Numbered from the stretch's first letter, positions 30,534 to 44,994 are shown. The stretch is DNA of 64,000 nt from Tubiluchus corallicola (GCA_030141605.1 JAQGDQ010000001.1:2604001-2668000), one strand, 5' to 3'. A program made the numbers and translations. Notes: generated from the sequence alone by a model not told the origin.

Positions 30534-30741
30534 TCGATCGCGGATTCTAGAAAAGTAAAACTTCTGAAACCATACCGCCATGTAGAAAAGGCGGGTTCTG
30601 GCTTTTCTTGCTGTGACAACTTTTACAGTAAATATGGATTAAAAATTTTTTAAACAACTTCGAATTTCTGCCTAGAGTAAATGGAACTCATCGAGGGCGA
30701 AGTCCAGCCAGAAGATTCGCATATCTATGATCCGCTATCGA
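30534..30741. mobile_element. Small degenerate MITE-like element
   Basis: 33-bp inverted repeats (30534-30566 and 30709-30741), about 25/33 matches; no TSD seen. Confidence 0.5.
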
Positions 30742-33700
30742 CTTGTTTCATTTTGATTTGTAAATAAGACAATAAAGGGGAGAGGCATCAAAATATAGCA
30801 ACAAATGCACAATTTCAGGCTTTTTGACCACCGTGGCAGGGCTTAACGTTCCTGGTCATGGATTTTTTGTTGCGGATAATGGAAAAAGCTGGTTGTGGTT
30901 TGATAAAAAAAAACTTGAACGACATCCAAAAACAGACATCGAATACACGACCATTAGATAAAAGCTTCGGAAAGCCCACTTTAAATGGCAAAGAGGAAAC
31001 TACCTTTTGGCATTCTGTAATTTGTTGTGAGGAATGCTAATGCTTTGCGAAATTTTGTAAACACTGATCCTGGGCAGTATGAGACGTTGCAATGATAACA
31101 TGTACAATAAAAGCATGGGTGACTATTGTAATCGTCTACTCTTTTTACAACATTTTTGCGTTCATATGCTGGCACTGATTATTATTGATTACTTTTCCTA
31201 TAGCAATATGTGTTACAATAATGACGCTCAGCTAATAACTTCCATTATTGCTAGTTGCCGCTTCGTCATGCTGATTTTTTACTGACGTTTTCTCTCGTAC
31301 ATCAAGCTAACAGCATCAGTTTTGGAGCAGTCACCTATATACTCTTGTTACTGCACTTTTCACTCAGGCAAATAAATTCAATCATCTCAGCTGTCGACAG
31401 CACGTTAGACCTTTTTAAAAACTTTCACTAGTGATCAATATCATTCGGTACTGATACGTTAGACAATCGTTTTAACGTGAACATCGAAACTGTAGAAACT
31501 TTATTCAATTTTTATCTTGCTTTTTCCAGGTGTGTGTAATGTAGGAAACTGGATGTCATACTGAGAGTGATGAAAATATTTTTAAGTGTCATTATTAATC
31601 TTAGAAATACGAGTTTGTATTTCTAACTCTTAGAAAGCCGTTGCGAGTTTGTTACGTACTCGTCCAACCTACTTGTCCAACCAACTATACGCTTATAAAA
31701 GCTTAATCTGAAAATCGTTTAAATGAAGATATTACAAAATATTGCCACCTTGTAAGCAACTGGTTCAGCAACGTTTTCTTTCTAAACGCTTTCAGGAATG
31801 TCATATAGAGAATTTACTGTATAAAAATATATGAATATAAAAGAACTGTTAGTAAGTGTTGAATAACTGCAACTAAATAACTGATTTTAAACTGAACGGC
31901 AAGGAATTTTAAAAAAAGTTTTATTATGTTCATACTTCTTTCAAAGGGCTCTACGTTTCTAAATTTAGTTTTAAATTTGTAAAATTTAGCTTGTCATAAT
32001 ACTATAGCAACTCTTTACACGAATATGGTTATATGCACTCGCACTGTAAAGAGCAAAAAAACTTGAACAAATTATGAAATAATGTGTAGTTATAAACAAC
32101 TACTGCTAAAAAAATTCGTCTGTTACTCTATAGTTATGATACCAGTATCTGGCGTTTGTTTCCCTGCCTCTGTCATCAGTACACCTGTGTCTGTGGCTTT
32201 AGCACTAACCAGCTCACGTCGTTTCCTTTCACAATGCTGATAACCTACGGTGAGTAATATACTAAACAAGAAAATAAAGACCGAACTAAACATGGGCAAA
32301 AAACGGAAAAAATAAATACTACGTAAACCAGCCATCTAGCTACTCACAGACAAAGTGAACGTGAATGGTAAATTGGGCACGTATATATTTTTGAATGGTG
32401 CACTGTCTCCTTTCCTACAGTTTTCCTTAATAATGTAGCTTAAGTCTGTAGCTCATCGTGTATACTTTCAGTGCAATTTGCGACTTTAATGAGAATTGAT
32501 ATCAGCTTCCGACGGCGAAGCAGTTTACAGCTAAACTGCAGCAATGTTCCGTCAACAATTCAAGACAAGTAGTAAATTGGTCAATCGCCTTACAGAATTG
32601 TACTTTAACGGACAACTATTGTTCCATAATTGGATTGGCATTAAGCAGAAATGAGGGCAATTACGCACGCCAAAAGTTCAATCATAGTTTTGGTATTGGC
32701 TGGTAATGTAGATTTGTTTCAGTAGCAGAGATCAGTGTGTTTTATACCGGAAGACTTTCCCTAACATCTGTTGTTAATCGTATGAAAATTAGCGACATAT
32801 AATTTTCTTGTGTTATAGTTTGTTAGAAAGAGCGGTTTACTGGATAGCCAGATTACACATTGCCACGAATTGGCACTTCCCTTTTTCAACAAAAATCAAT
32901 CCAATGAGAAGTAGAAGCCCGTGACTATTAATATTTTGCAAGTTCCGTATTTCACTTTAGCTCATGGCAGCCTTCCTCATTACTATTCGTTTTATTGACT
33001 ACTAATCAGCATTATATAGAAAGGCTACCCCTTTTGGTTAATGGAATAAGATACATTCTAACCTTCTTAAACCCATAAAAACAACTGATTTATTGTTTGA
33101 TGAGAAACCATTTAATCTTTTAAAACTTGGAAGATTTTCATCTACTTGCTGCTTTGCGTGGCGTCACGAACTGTCAGCTTAAACACATAATTAAACTACG
33201 AACTAACTGCTGCAATAATTAAACATCTATTGCACTTTAGCAAGTGGTTGTAACGCTTAGAGAATAATATACATATCTAACATTTTGGATATATTGCATG
33301 GTTAAAGTTCTGATTTACTGCTGGTTTTGCTGGCAATTTCATAATTTTAATAAACATTACAGAACGAGTGAAAGGAAAAGTTATTAAATTCCAATTGCAT
33401 AATTTAGTCTGATGCGTTATAACTGGGTGTCCTGTCATAAATGCAGATTAACTGCTTCTTATTTCTTTTCCAATGTGTTTTATAGTCTGCGGAAGTGTGT
33501 GAAGATTTGCGATTTTCTCGCACTAAAAACTAACATGGAAACAGTAAAGCTTTTCTGGGAAATACGTGAAAGTTGCACTATTGAGCTGAACTAAAATTAG
33601 CCTTTGTGGACAGTTTGATACTCATGTGAATGCGGAAATAATGTAAAACTGTGTTCAGTGTATTTATTGCTATTGCATTTATTAAATTAAAGCGGGTAAG

Positions 33701-33989
33701 CAGACATAAAATCGTTTTGAAGCCACAAACACTGTCATTAGAGTTCCCATGGTGAAAGAATAAATAGAATAATAAATCATTTCTTTGTACAAATGTTGAC
33801 TGCACAATAAAATCTTGCATTGCCCTAAAACTACATGTAACTGGACAAATATCAATTAGTTTACTGTTACCAAGACCCAGCGTGGAGTTCAAACCAGCAT
33901 ACAATTTAGGTACTGAACGTATTGACGTAATCTTAATTTCCAAATTGTCAGTCCCAATTGCACAATCCCAACAATGTTTAAGACAAAAC

Positions 33990-34105
33990 AAACGAGCGAA
34001 TGAATGAGTGAGTGAATGAAAGAATGAATGATGGAAGGAAGGATGGAAGAAATAAAAACAGGATGGAAGGAAGGAACGAACAAACAAACAAACAAATGAA
34101 TGAAT
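33990..34105. repeat. Degenerate (GAAT)/(GAAG)/(CAAA) tetranucleotide tract
   Basis: Directly visible. Confidence 0.85.
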
Positions 34106-35286
34106 AAAGATCTACTTCTAGCTAATTCCTAAAGGCCTCTAATTAAAACCCATATTCAAACTCAACTATTTTACGTTTCAATTTTTCTTTTTTATGCTAA
34201 TTTTGTTAGCAGCATTTAATTTAGTCATTCATTTCCGTTCATTCCAGTTAATATACTTATTGTGATTATTTTGCTAATTTAAATGTAGCGCCTGAATATG
34301 AAAAGTGCTTTGTTAACAGGGACGCTGACATGGACCTAAACTAAAATGCAATGCGAACTTTTTGTTGAAGCCTCGGACTTTACGTGGACAAACTGCAAAG
34401 AATAACCGAACATAGCAGTCTTCTCTTTTGGGAGTTCGTGAATGCAGTGTTAAGCCATTTTTCAGCATCTTCAAGTCAGTAAGCTAGATTTCATTATTGA
34501 CGCTTCGTGCAAAATTGATGTGCAAGACACGAAAAGAAATATTTAAACTTCTTGCCATCTCTAGTTTCAAAGGGCACGAATGTGTCCCGTATTTTGATGA
34601 ACTAATAGTATTTTCTCGGCGAGAGATTTATAATCATCTTTGCCAGTCGGAATTTTGCGGCACGGAGCGATAATTTGCTGCTCTTGAAACGAGTTTTTAC
34701 TGCAGCGATCGACAACATTTGTAATAATCGTGCAATGATTCGTTCTGTGTTTATTTTAAACTAAACCTTAAAAAATCGATAATTAGTACCTTTATTTTAA
34801 ATGCAAAATCTTCCAATATTTTTGTTCTAGCACGTTTATTCCAGATTCTGTATAAATCCTAGCGTTTCATTTTACTTGAGTCATAATTTTTGATGATTCT
34901 TTACAGTATGTGGGCGTGACATTGTGGAGTTTCAAAATATCTGACTATGTTTAATTAAATTTCTGAGTTTCATATACACCAGAAATAACTGAATTATTTA
35001 TTCAGTTATGAAAAAAGCACCTAAAACAGCTCAGCTGAATGCATGGAATCTCAGACATAGCGAGTATGACTCTTCAGCTTTTTTATCCAAGATCTATAGC
35101 CGGTAGAAGAGTTTTTGGTTGTGGCTGTCGGTGTTTCTTTATGTGCTTGTTCGCATAATAAAATTAAAATAGATGAAAGTATAATCATCAAGCGTTTGAA
35201 TGATCAAAGATATAGCTAATGAGGTAAAAAATTTCCAAACACAGCAGATGAAGCTATAATCATCAACCACATGATACAGTGATAGG

Positions 35287-35665
35287 TTAAGCCGATGATA
35301 CACCAAAGCGTCCAGCTTCCAGCGTGCGACATCTGGCGGCAATGTCCAGCGTATACCGTTCACTGAGTGTTAGAACAAAGTGCCTGACGTTTAATCTCTA
35401 TGTTTTCTGCAAGAAAAAAGGGACAATAATCAAATTTATTTTTGTGATGCTTTCATTTATTCGTTGCTTGTTGTCGTCATTGGCTGGTGAGGAAAAGACG
35501 TTGGACGCCGGACGCCAAACGCTCAAAATACGAATGGCTTCTATTTTTCAGCATCCGCTGCCAAAATCTTTGGTTTCATTACTTATTGATAACATACACG
35601 TTTCATTTGTCCCTTCGAACGCCAGACGTTAGACATCGGGCGTTTTGGTTCATCGTAGGCATTAA
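35287..35665. mobile_element. MITE with imperfect TIRs (Harbinger-like, TTAA at both ends)
   Basis: TTAAGCCGATGATACACCAAAGCGTC versus reverse complement of the right end, TTAATGCCTACGATGAACCAAAACGCC. Related partial copy at about 60848-61013. Confidence 0.6.
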
Positions 35666-38189
35666 GGAGCCTATTGTTTTAGGGGGTTGAAGACTTAAAC
35701 ACCTAGGTCAAAAAAGCTCAAAAATTTAAATAGCTGTCTGACGATTACATTACTTGACGCAATGACTTGTCTGTATGAACAAGACCTAGAAACGTATCGC
35801 TTTTTGGCTTGAAAAGGCAAACGTCCTTCTTGAAAAAAAGCTGTCAAAATAAATATAAAAATAAATAGTGACTTCATGTAAAGGTGTGAAATTGCAACTC
35901 TACTGAGGACTCTCTTTACTTGTGTCTTCACATTTTTAAAATAATTCAGTCTATGAATAACTTCTCCTTATTTCTAAACAACTTGAAAAATGTTAAACCG
36001 AATTTCGTGTTGACAGATAATCTTAACGGAATGTGTTCCACAATAGCAAGCACTAGCTTTCTGAGAATATCCATTAACTTGGCCCATTAATCTCATCGAT
36101 ATGTTTCCTGCGCGTCTCCTTCTCAATCTAAGAAATGAATGTTTTTTTTCTGCAAACTTGCGTTTACTTCCAGTAAAATTTATTTGTTTTTGGTTGGTAT
36201 TTTTACTAACAACATGGTAAAAATTTCATGGCTTAGATGGAAATCAAGGAAATCGATTCAAACGAACTGAAGTTTCGAGAGCTAGTGCAGGCCACAACAA
36301 ATCTCTTTATCTATCTAAATTAAAAGCGTTTTAATGGACATGTGATTACCCAAGTAATCACTCGTTCGCTCGTCAATACATAGAGCTTCCTGTTAACTTT
36401 CTTCAAAATGAAACAAAATTTGGCTGGCATGGCTATTCCTAGCAGGGAGCAAGACTGCTGAATAATGGAAATCAAGGTCAAAAGACATGGTCCTCGGCAA
36501 ATTTGTCTGTATGTATGTCCGCAACTACTTGGCCCTTCAAAGTTCTTGGCCTCTTCAAACCACTCGGTCTGTGAGACCGAAAGGCGAAAAATGGAGGTTA
36601 TCTATGGTCTGACTTGGTGCAGATATACATGAAAAGTGAACAATCAAAATAAAATAATGAAATCCTGTTGCCTGTGGTGTAAACTATAACTATATATTTG
36701 CGATTAAGTGGCAAGGTTTAGAGAGCGACTTGGCGAATTTTACTTTTACAAATAATGCTCACAGATTTATTGTCACAAAGAAAACCATTTAGTGACTAAA
36801 CTCTAAGCCCATCTCTACAACCATATCCGTTGCACCAGCGACGAGAATCCAGGCATTTGTCTTTATCTCATTTTCATCCAACCAACCTTGCGCGAAATCT
36901 TCGTCTTCGCGAAGCATTCATAAACATAACTGTACAACAGAAAATAACGTGAAACCTTTTTTCAAAATTCCAGGGATGTATCACAATTAGAAATATTAGT
37001 TTGAGATAGGTCAAACAACCTTATGTAAATTTTGGTTTTTCGCGTCAAAGTACATAAATTTATTTGAGCCCGTACATAAATTAGCTCACTGACTCTGCAC
37101 AGGAGATGTTTTACCGATGAAAATCTAAATGACCCATTCTGAGGTAATGACATTCGGCTATAATTTCTAAATGTCAGCGACTTATCGGCTTGTCCGAAAA
37201 GGAGATGGTGATTTCGTAATAGTTTGACAACATAGACTTTGCACTTTGTGCAACAAGAAGTTTGAGACAGTTTTTGAGCAGATGAAAATTGAAGAAACGT
37301 CGGAATGTAATAAACTAAAACTAAGATATCAGAGTACATCCACAAAGTTTGACAGAGACACTGACTCTATTATCACAAAAATAGAAACAGGTTTGCAGTG
37401 GCCAACAAAAATCTATAATTTGCGTAATAATGTTCAACTTTTTCACCCAACGTACTCAATCACTCCCTGAAGAAAATATGTACTTTCTGAACCTAGCCAC
37501 TCACCAAAGTCCAACTAGAGCTGATTACTTAAACCATTTCAATGACATGACGAAATATCTGCTTCGTCAGTTAAAAAAGGCTTTTAGGATATTTAACATT
37601 GCAAGTTACATTTTTATTTGGGTTTTTATTGTTTTTAAGTAATGCATGTCGATTTCGTGCATGGTAAGCCACGAGGAAGATTGAAAATTGTTAATGCTGT
37701 CTGATTCTGCCTCGAATAAAACGCAGCAAGTTAGAAAGTGCAAAAAATGTGAAGATCTTTTAAACAAAAAATAAGATTAATATATACCTGTGTCTCGTTG
37801 CTCATCAAAATAATGAAATTACGCCACATCTCTTATATTCTGACTAGATAAAACTAAAATGGGCAGAACTGTGCGAAATCTTTTGTTAGCTTACTCAACG
37901 AAGTCGTCTGGTCCTTCTAATTTTTGGAAAAACAGCATTTTATGAAGTTGACCCAACGGAGTTATGCAACATGCCTTTTTCATTTATTTTAAAGAGAACA
38001 TAAGAATATGAAATAACAAAGCAAAACACGATAAGTGTTCTTTCCTTTTTAAATGTCTTCTTGACCCAGCAAATCTATAATAACAAAAAAACTTGTCAAT
38101 GATCTCTTGGGGCCTTCAACATATGCATACATAAATTGAAATATTGATATTAGACACACTCAGCGTGCGTACACTTGAGTGTATGTCAT

Positions 38190-38374
38190 TTCGCCAGCGC
38201 ACAATTCGCCAGTTTATCTTTTCGCCAGTCTGTGTCTTCGTCAGTCTCTCTTTTCGCCAGTCTATCTTTTCGCCTGTGTATATTTTCGCCAGTCTGTGTT
38301 TTCGTCAGTCTGTCTTTTCGCCAGTCTATCTTTTCGCCTGTGTATCTTTTCGCCAGTGTATATTTTCGCCAGTG
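38190..38374 (-). repeat. 16-bp minisatellite, left arm of copy 1
   Basis: TTTTCGCCAGTCTATC-type units. Confidence 0.95.
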
Positions 38375-40444
38375 TATCGTTACTAATACTGAAGACTTAA
38401 CTGACCTAGAACTAACTATTGACCTATGTCGGTACCATACTTATAATATTATAGCAGGGTTTCATTTAAATGCTCTCTGAACCAAGGCTATAAGTTTTAC
38501 AGAGGCATGCCATATATCATTGGATTCGCAATGAAACGTAGAATCTGCACTAAAGTTGCTAGTCGCGTTTCGTTTGACCAGAAAACGGCAATAAATAGGA
38601 TGTCCGGTCGAAAATTCAACATTCAGGATCTGCTGTCATTTTCAGTCTGCGATGTTTAGTTCCCAAAATACGCGTATTTTTAGACTAACTCAAAAACTAG
38701 ACAGTGCTACTTGACCGGCCAAATTTTCTGTGCTTATAACTAGTGTAGAGTGCCATTCTAGCTTGAAATTTCGATACGTGAAACTCTGACCCAATTGAGT
38801 TATAACCCGATAACCCGGATAGGATTAGATGTTTTCCCCCAGTTTTAACAGCGGGAAAATGAGTCTGGGAAATTGATTGTGGAAGAGGTACTGAACGTTG
38901 GGGGAGGCCATAGTTTACGAAGTGGGTAAAGAATCGATTGGACTATCAGTAGGACAAAGATAGTTAAGGACCGCATCGTTTGGCATTAATGACTCCTCAA
39001 AGTCATCCCGTTTTCCTATACCTTAAATATGGGGAACAGTATTTTTCTTCCCCTATACCTTAACTGTGAGAGGAAAGGGTTTGGAAAAAAGGTCTTCACA
39101 CAATAACTCTAAGTAGTTTTTGCGACACACTGTAGGATGGATATCCGATGGGATTATTGCCAGTGGTCGCCATCTTGGTAACTGGCGCTTCAGTCTTGAG
39201 TAACGTAAGGGTAAAGTTTTGGTGAGTTACCGCAAAAACTAAGGCCGCGAAGTCCTTCTGGCATCTCAGCCTAGTAGAACAAGAACCGTCTTATTCAAAA
39301 TGGCTTCCTTCAAGAGTTATGGTTTCCCAAAGTTAAAAATATTGATTTTTTTCTCTCATACGCCTTAGGTATGGTACCAACATGGGTCTAGAAGAAAGGC
39401 CGCAACGCGGAAACCGTTTACAGGTGGCAGCTGTGTAGCGCATGGTTGATAGAGAATTGATTGAACTATCGTCACATGGCACCATGCTGCCCAAGTGGTG
39501 CTTTTGTCCCGAGTAACATAAAATTTAGAAAAATTAGGACCTCTAGATCCTTATAGCTTCTCGGCCTGATTAGCCAAGGATGTCTCTATCTCGAGTATCA
39601 ATCACGTGATTCCGGTAGGCCTTCTTCAAGAAAAATGGCTTCCAAAATTAGGCATTTTGACACCTTCGTCTCATATATTAAAGGAAACATCTCGTTTATG
39701 CAATTAGCCAAATATCGGTTCATTTCGGATAAACAAAAAAGAGGAAAAAATATTAGTACAGCGCGTATTATTCTGTGTTTCATTGGGAATCCAATAACAT
39801 ATTCCACGCCTCTGTAGGAGATATCTTCCGTTCACAGAGCTTTTAAAGGAAACCACGTCAGTTTTTCCCTATTGTTAAAATACGTTGTACAGACAATTGC
39901 AAGTTTGGACGCTTTGTAAAATGGTAGCAGTTCAGGGTTCAACAAAAACTAAGCCAAGGCACAGCACTTTATTTGTTTTTTTCCTTTGCTAAGCTGATAC
40001 TTCTTGTAGAAGTAATCAAAATGAACGTATTTTGACGATTTTCGGATCATACTACAGGCGGGTCAAAGGGTCATCGGAAATTACAAGCTAGGATGTTCCT
40101 CTACCTAGCTACAAGCACACCAAATTTGGTCAAGTAGCATTGTCTAGTTTTACAGTTATTCCAAAAAGATACGTATCTCCAAAACTAAACATCGCAGAAC
40201 GAAAATAACAGCAGATCCTGATTGCCAAAATTTCGACTGGATCTGCTTTTTATTGCAATTTTGTGGCTAAACAAAATACGACTCGCGACTTTGACGCAGT
40301 GCATCAGATTCTACGTTTCATTTTAAATCCAGTGATATATGGCATGCGTCTGTAGGACTTGCATCTTCCGTTCACAAAGGTCGATACCTAATGGTCAAAG
40401 GTGACTTCTAGTGAGTTAAGTCTTCATTGTTAGTCACGATAACA

Positions 40445-41049
40445 TTGGCGAAAAGATAGACTGGCAAAAAGGTAGACTGACGAAAAAGTACACTGGCTAA
40501 AAGGTATACTGGCGAAAAAGTAGACTAGCGAAAAGCTGGACTGGGGAAAAAGTAGACTGGCAAAAAGGTAGACTAGCGAAAAAGTAGACTGGCGAAAAGT
40601 AGACTGGCAAAAAAGTAGTCTAGCGGAAAGATAGACTGGCGAAAAAGTAGACTGGCGAAAATAGACTGGCGAAAAGATAGACTGGCGAAAAGATACATTG
40701 GCAAAAAGATACACTGGCGAAAAGATAGACTGGCGAAAGGAGATTGGCGAAAAAGTAGACTAGCGAAAAGCTAGACTGGCGAAAAAGTAGACTGGTAAAA
40801 AGGTAGACTGTCGAAAAAGAGACTGGCAAAAAGGTAGACTGTCGAAAAAGAGATTGGCGAAAAGGTAGACTGTCGAAAAAGAGATTGGCGAAAAGGTAGA
40901 CTGGCGAAAAAGTAGACTGGCAAAAAAGTAGTCTAGCGGAAAAATAAACTGGCGAAAATAGACTGGCGAAAAAATAGACTGGCGAAAAGATACATTGGCA
41001 AAAAGATACACTGGCGAAAAGATAGACTGGCGAAAAGATAATTGGCGAA
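40445..41049 (+). repeat. 16-bp minisatellite, right arm of copy 1
   Basis: GRTAGACTGGCGAAAA-type units, about 38 copies. Confidence 0.97.
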
Positions 41050-44000
41050 GTGGGTTAATACCCATGCACTTTACTCTTCAAAATTAATGTCTTGAAAAAC
41101 ATCTGATCCGCCTAGCACATTTGGATATGAGTTATTCATAAAAGTTCTATAAAAAAGCACTTTGTAGTCTACACTTCCAAAATTGTTGATGTAGTTCCTC
41201 TTTAATTGGCATCTATATAGGGTTCTCCATTGCTTTCATTTTTACAATGATTCAAATTTACTCCAATTTAACAGCCTTTGGATGACTATTTGAAACGTAG
41301 TACCAGTGATTTATGGCAATATTAAATCAATAGAGCCATTCTTTTGTTGTCGAGATTGCTTTTTATGTTGTTATCCCAACAGTTGACTGACTGAATAATG
41401 GACCAGTTGGATGACTAACCCATCGACTTAGTAACTCATTGACCGCCTATCTGACCAACTGGTTGTTCGACTAACAGGCTCGCCTGAGATTGATTGACTC
41501 ACTGAGATCCGGCCAGCTATTAGTTGACCGTCTGACTAACTGACTGACTGACAGATCACCAACCTATCCGACCTACCGATTGGGCAACTGCCTGGCCCAG
41601 ATTAGCAAGGCATTTACTTCCGAGTCAGACTGTGAATTTTTATACCAACAATTATACATCCAAGGTGAATATAAATAAATTTATTTTGTCTGGACATTTG
41701 ATTCACAGCAACACATTTGCTAAAATCGCCCTTAACCATTTATTATAATTATGACTATTGAGAATCCTTCAGCTGCTTATGGACAAAATAATTTATAATA
41801 TTATGATACACCATTATCATAATTAATGTTATAATGGTGTCCGAGTGCCGTTAAAGATGTAGCATTATGATATATAAATTTATACAAACCATTAGGTTGA
41901 TTTGCATATGCTTGATAACTTTTCAAATTTTTCGCGAAGAAAACGTAAACAGTACGTTTTGAATGACTATCAGCTGACGTTCATTTTCTCTCATCAGTAC
42001 ACTGCAGCATGCAGAGTGTTGGTTATTGAGTATGCGTACAATATTTAAGCACTCTTAATAAAAAAACATATTGATTTTTTTCACTTCTTGGCTTACAGGC
42101 TAACAGGAAATGTAAGCCATGCAGTTCAAATCTGTATAGCATGATGAGAACTCGCTGTTTATATATATCACGAACCAAACTAACAATAATACAGGTGAAA
42201 AACTATGTCTGCATATGCTGTCTAGTGGTCAAAAAGTTGGCACTACGCTGAGGATTAGAATCCGCTATAATATCCTAAAAAGTGCATTGCCACGATACCC
42301 GATTTCCCTTTCCTGTCTTTTTTTGTCTTACAACACTTTGCAATAAACTAATGTATTGACTATCAGTAACTCGTAAAGAATTAATATCTTTAAAAGGGTG
42401 AACAATATTGTTCGGTAAATAGTAGATTTATTAATAAAAATCGGCGCTAATTAGTATTTTCTAGTGTTATTACTTTCAGTAAGCTGGGATTGTATATAGG
42501 CCAGAAATGGCACATAGACCACACTGAATCAATCATACTGAAGTGATAATTAGTCACGAGCACCGTGGACACTGGTCACACGTGAGCGTAATAAACATAA
42601 TCTACAGATTTTAACATGAGTAAACTATATTGGACCAAGAATAATCAATTGGTAAACACAGCCATGTTGTCATCAGAAATCATTCAGTTTTGTTATTACA
42701 AAATTTAGATTTGCTTCTTCCATAACCATTTCGGATATTAAGTATTCATTTGTAAAGTTGTAATTTATTGTAAAGATGTTTTGTTTGATGTTTCAGTTCC
42801 TTTTGACATGCCCAACTGTAAACAATACCATATCGAATTAAGAGTTTGCGTCACTGTGGCGTGTGGCTACGTAATTGGCTTCCCTAATAGCATTTTGTCT
42901 TCGCTAGTTAATCAGGGTCGGGGAACCGCTAACCAAACGCAATTTATTGCTTACTGGTGCTTGGCTGATTCCATCATTAATATCAGGCATGCAAGCTTTG
43001 ACTTTTGCTTCATTACGTCAACCACCACCTGTCTTAATGTATAACATGAAAAATGGGGCCTTGACCTTTTGCATCTGTGAAAAGATGAAATGGCTAGCTG
43101 ATGATGGGATTTTTGTGACTTCCGCCTAAAAGCTACAATGCTATTTGATCAACTGTAGAGACAAATTATGCTAAACATAATTCACAAACTATTTCAATAG
43201 CAACTGGCGAGATTGAAAAAACTTTAATTTATGTTATTTATACCTTCATTTGCGGCATTTATTCAGTTTATTGAGATGAATGTTTATTAAGCCATAAATA
43301 ATTTGCTCTTGTCAAAGGTGTTTTACACTAGAAGAATACAATAAAGTTATAAAAACACCTATGCTGGAGCTGAGTGGGCTTGGCCTTTCTGACTATCTGG
43401 CGAAAATAGCTAGAATAGAGTAAATGAATACCAATAGTAACAACATCAACGATAATAAAACTCTGAAAACATGTAATTCAGCTACTCAGTTAGCTTTATT
43501 TAACACAAATTAAAATTATAATATTTGTGAAAGTTAAGGTGATGGGGTTATAAATGATTGTATCACACAGTGGCTGACCCTTTCCCTTATCTGAATAGAT
43601 TATCCTGTACAATAATTAGCTTCCAAGAAAATTAGAAAGGCTGCCTTTTTAAGTGCTGGAAGTCTCCTTGCAATATGGTTAAGCACAAACAGTCATTCGC
43701 GATATTCTACACTGTGAGTATCGCTAAAATTAGGATAAACCTGCATATTTCATTAAGAACTCGTCCTTGGCTACAAAAACAAAAATAAGTTAAAATTCTA
43801 ATACGTGGCGTTGACGCTAATTGAATTAGAAACTAACCGACCAGAACGAGTGCATGATTCTTCCTTCTGTTCTTTCGATGAGTGTTCATTCTGGAGGTAT
43901 AAACAAAAAAGGGTACTGGGGCGGTTTAAATATAAAATTCACCTTCGCGAACTAAACTATTGGCAAATAATACTTAATGTCACAAATGGCGTAAAAACTA

Positions 44001-44994
44001 AAACATCTATTAAATCATCTACGTTTATCCTTAAGGGCTTTCTATGTGATACTTAAACCTGGGAGTCTTCTCTCTGCAAACCAATCTCATCTTCGGAAAA
44101 TCGTTTATAATCTCCTACAAAATGAAAGGAAAACGCCAATGGAAAGTTTATCTTCACAAATTTTTGCTTTTAGTCAATACACTTTTTTTCTTCTTGCGCT
44201 CAGTTTCGCGCAACGTTTATATCTGTCTGCCTTAGGCAGTCAGTTCAGCAAAGTTGCTTTTGTCAAGGATATGGTTTCCAACAACAAGGTACTAGCAGAA
44301 AATTTATATCATAATAGCGCAACCGGATTTGGAAGAACTCGTAGAAATTACTGCATTGTGTGACTAAATGAACAACCACGACTATTTGCCATAATAACAA
44401 CCATTATTTTCAATGGTTGTTACTAAGCAGAAACAGTATAGAGAGAAACTTTATTTTGCAAGTCTTTGCAATCTAAAAGTGTTTTCATCAAGTAGAGGTG
44501 TTGAATAATTGAACGTTGTTTCTCATTAAGTGCGTTTCTTTGAAGCTTGGCATTTCGCATTTCACCTGGAACCTATTTTGTGGACGCGTTTGTGGCTATA
44601 GCGTTTGTGGCAATATAGCTTAATGAGAACTTGATTTAAGTGTGGCTTCTTTTCACGTTAATGAGGACTTAAGAAGTGGGGGACATACCTGCTAAAAACT
44701 AGGTGATGCTGAGCTGTTTTTATCACATAAGTGTGCCAATTTGTGCATGGTTCATGTATCCAGGCAGAACTATCTTTAACTATGAAAAGGCGACCATTTA
44801 AAATTGACTACATTATTTTGACCAGTTCACGAACAATCTTCACCTTGAAATTTCATTCCACACTTCTCGAAGTTGTGCCTTCGCCTGCTTTGAATGTTAC
44901 GTATTGTGGACTTTTACTGATAATGTCTTCATCCTCATTGTCGACATGTCGTCATCGTTATGGCCGACAGCATCAATTACAAATACAGTACCAG

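Larger units (their letters stand above)
38177..41063. mobile_element. Foldback-type non-autonomous DNA element, copy 1
   Basis: Left arm 38177 to about 38810 and right arm about 40045 to 41063 are diverged inverted copies. Each has an outer array of a 16-bp unit (about 12 left, about 38 right) and a shared inner domain. Candidate 9-bp TSD CGTACACTT (38168-38176) and CATGCACTT (41063-41071). No transposase ORF. Confidence 0.8.

Noticed and set aside
37246-37642. Possible decayed CR1-like LINE C-terminus (SIITKIETGLQWPTKIYN)
   Set aside because: Only faint resemblance; needs BLASTX or an HMM search.
40445-41049. CRISPR-like regular repeats
   Set aside because: Units are head-to-tail with no unique spacers, there are no cas genes, and the context is eukaryotic.
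42952-43030. Candidate minus-strand exon ending in GTAAG; also a strong minus-strand acceptor near 20620
   Set aside because: Splice-like signals alone, with no recognisable peptide or partner exons.
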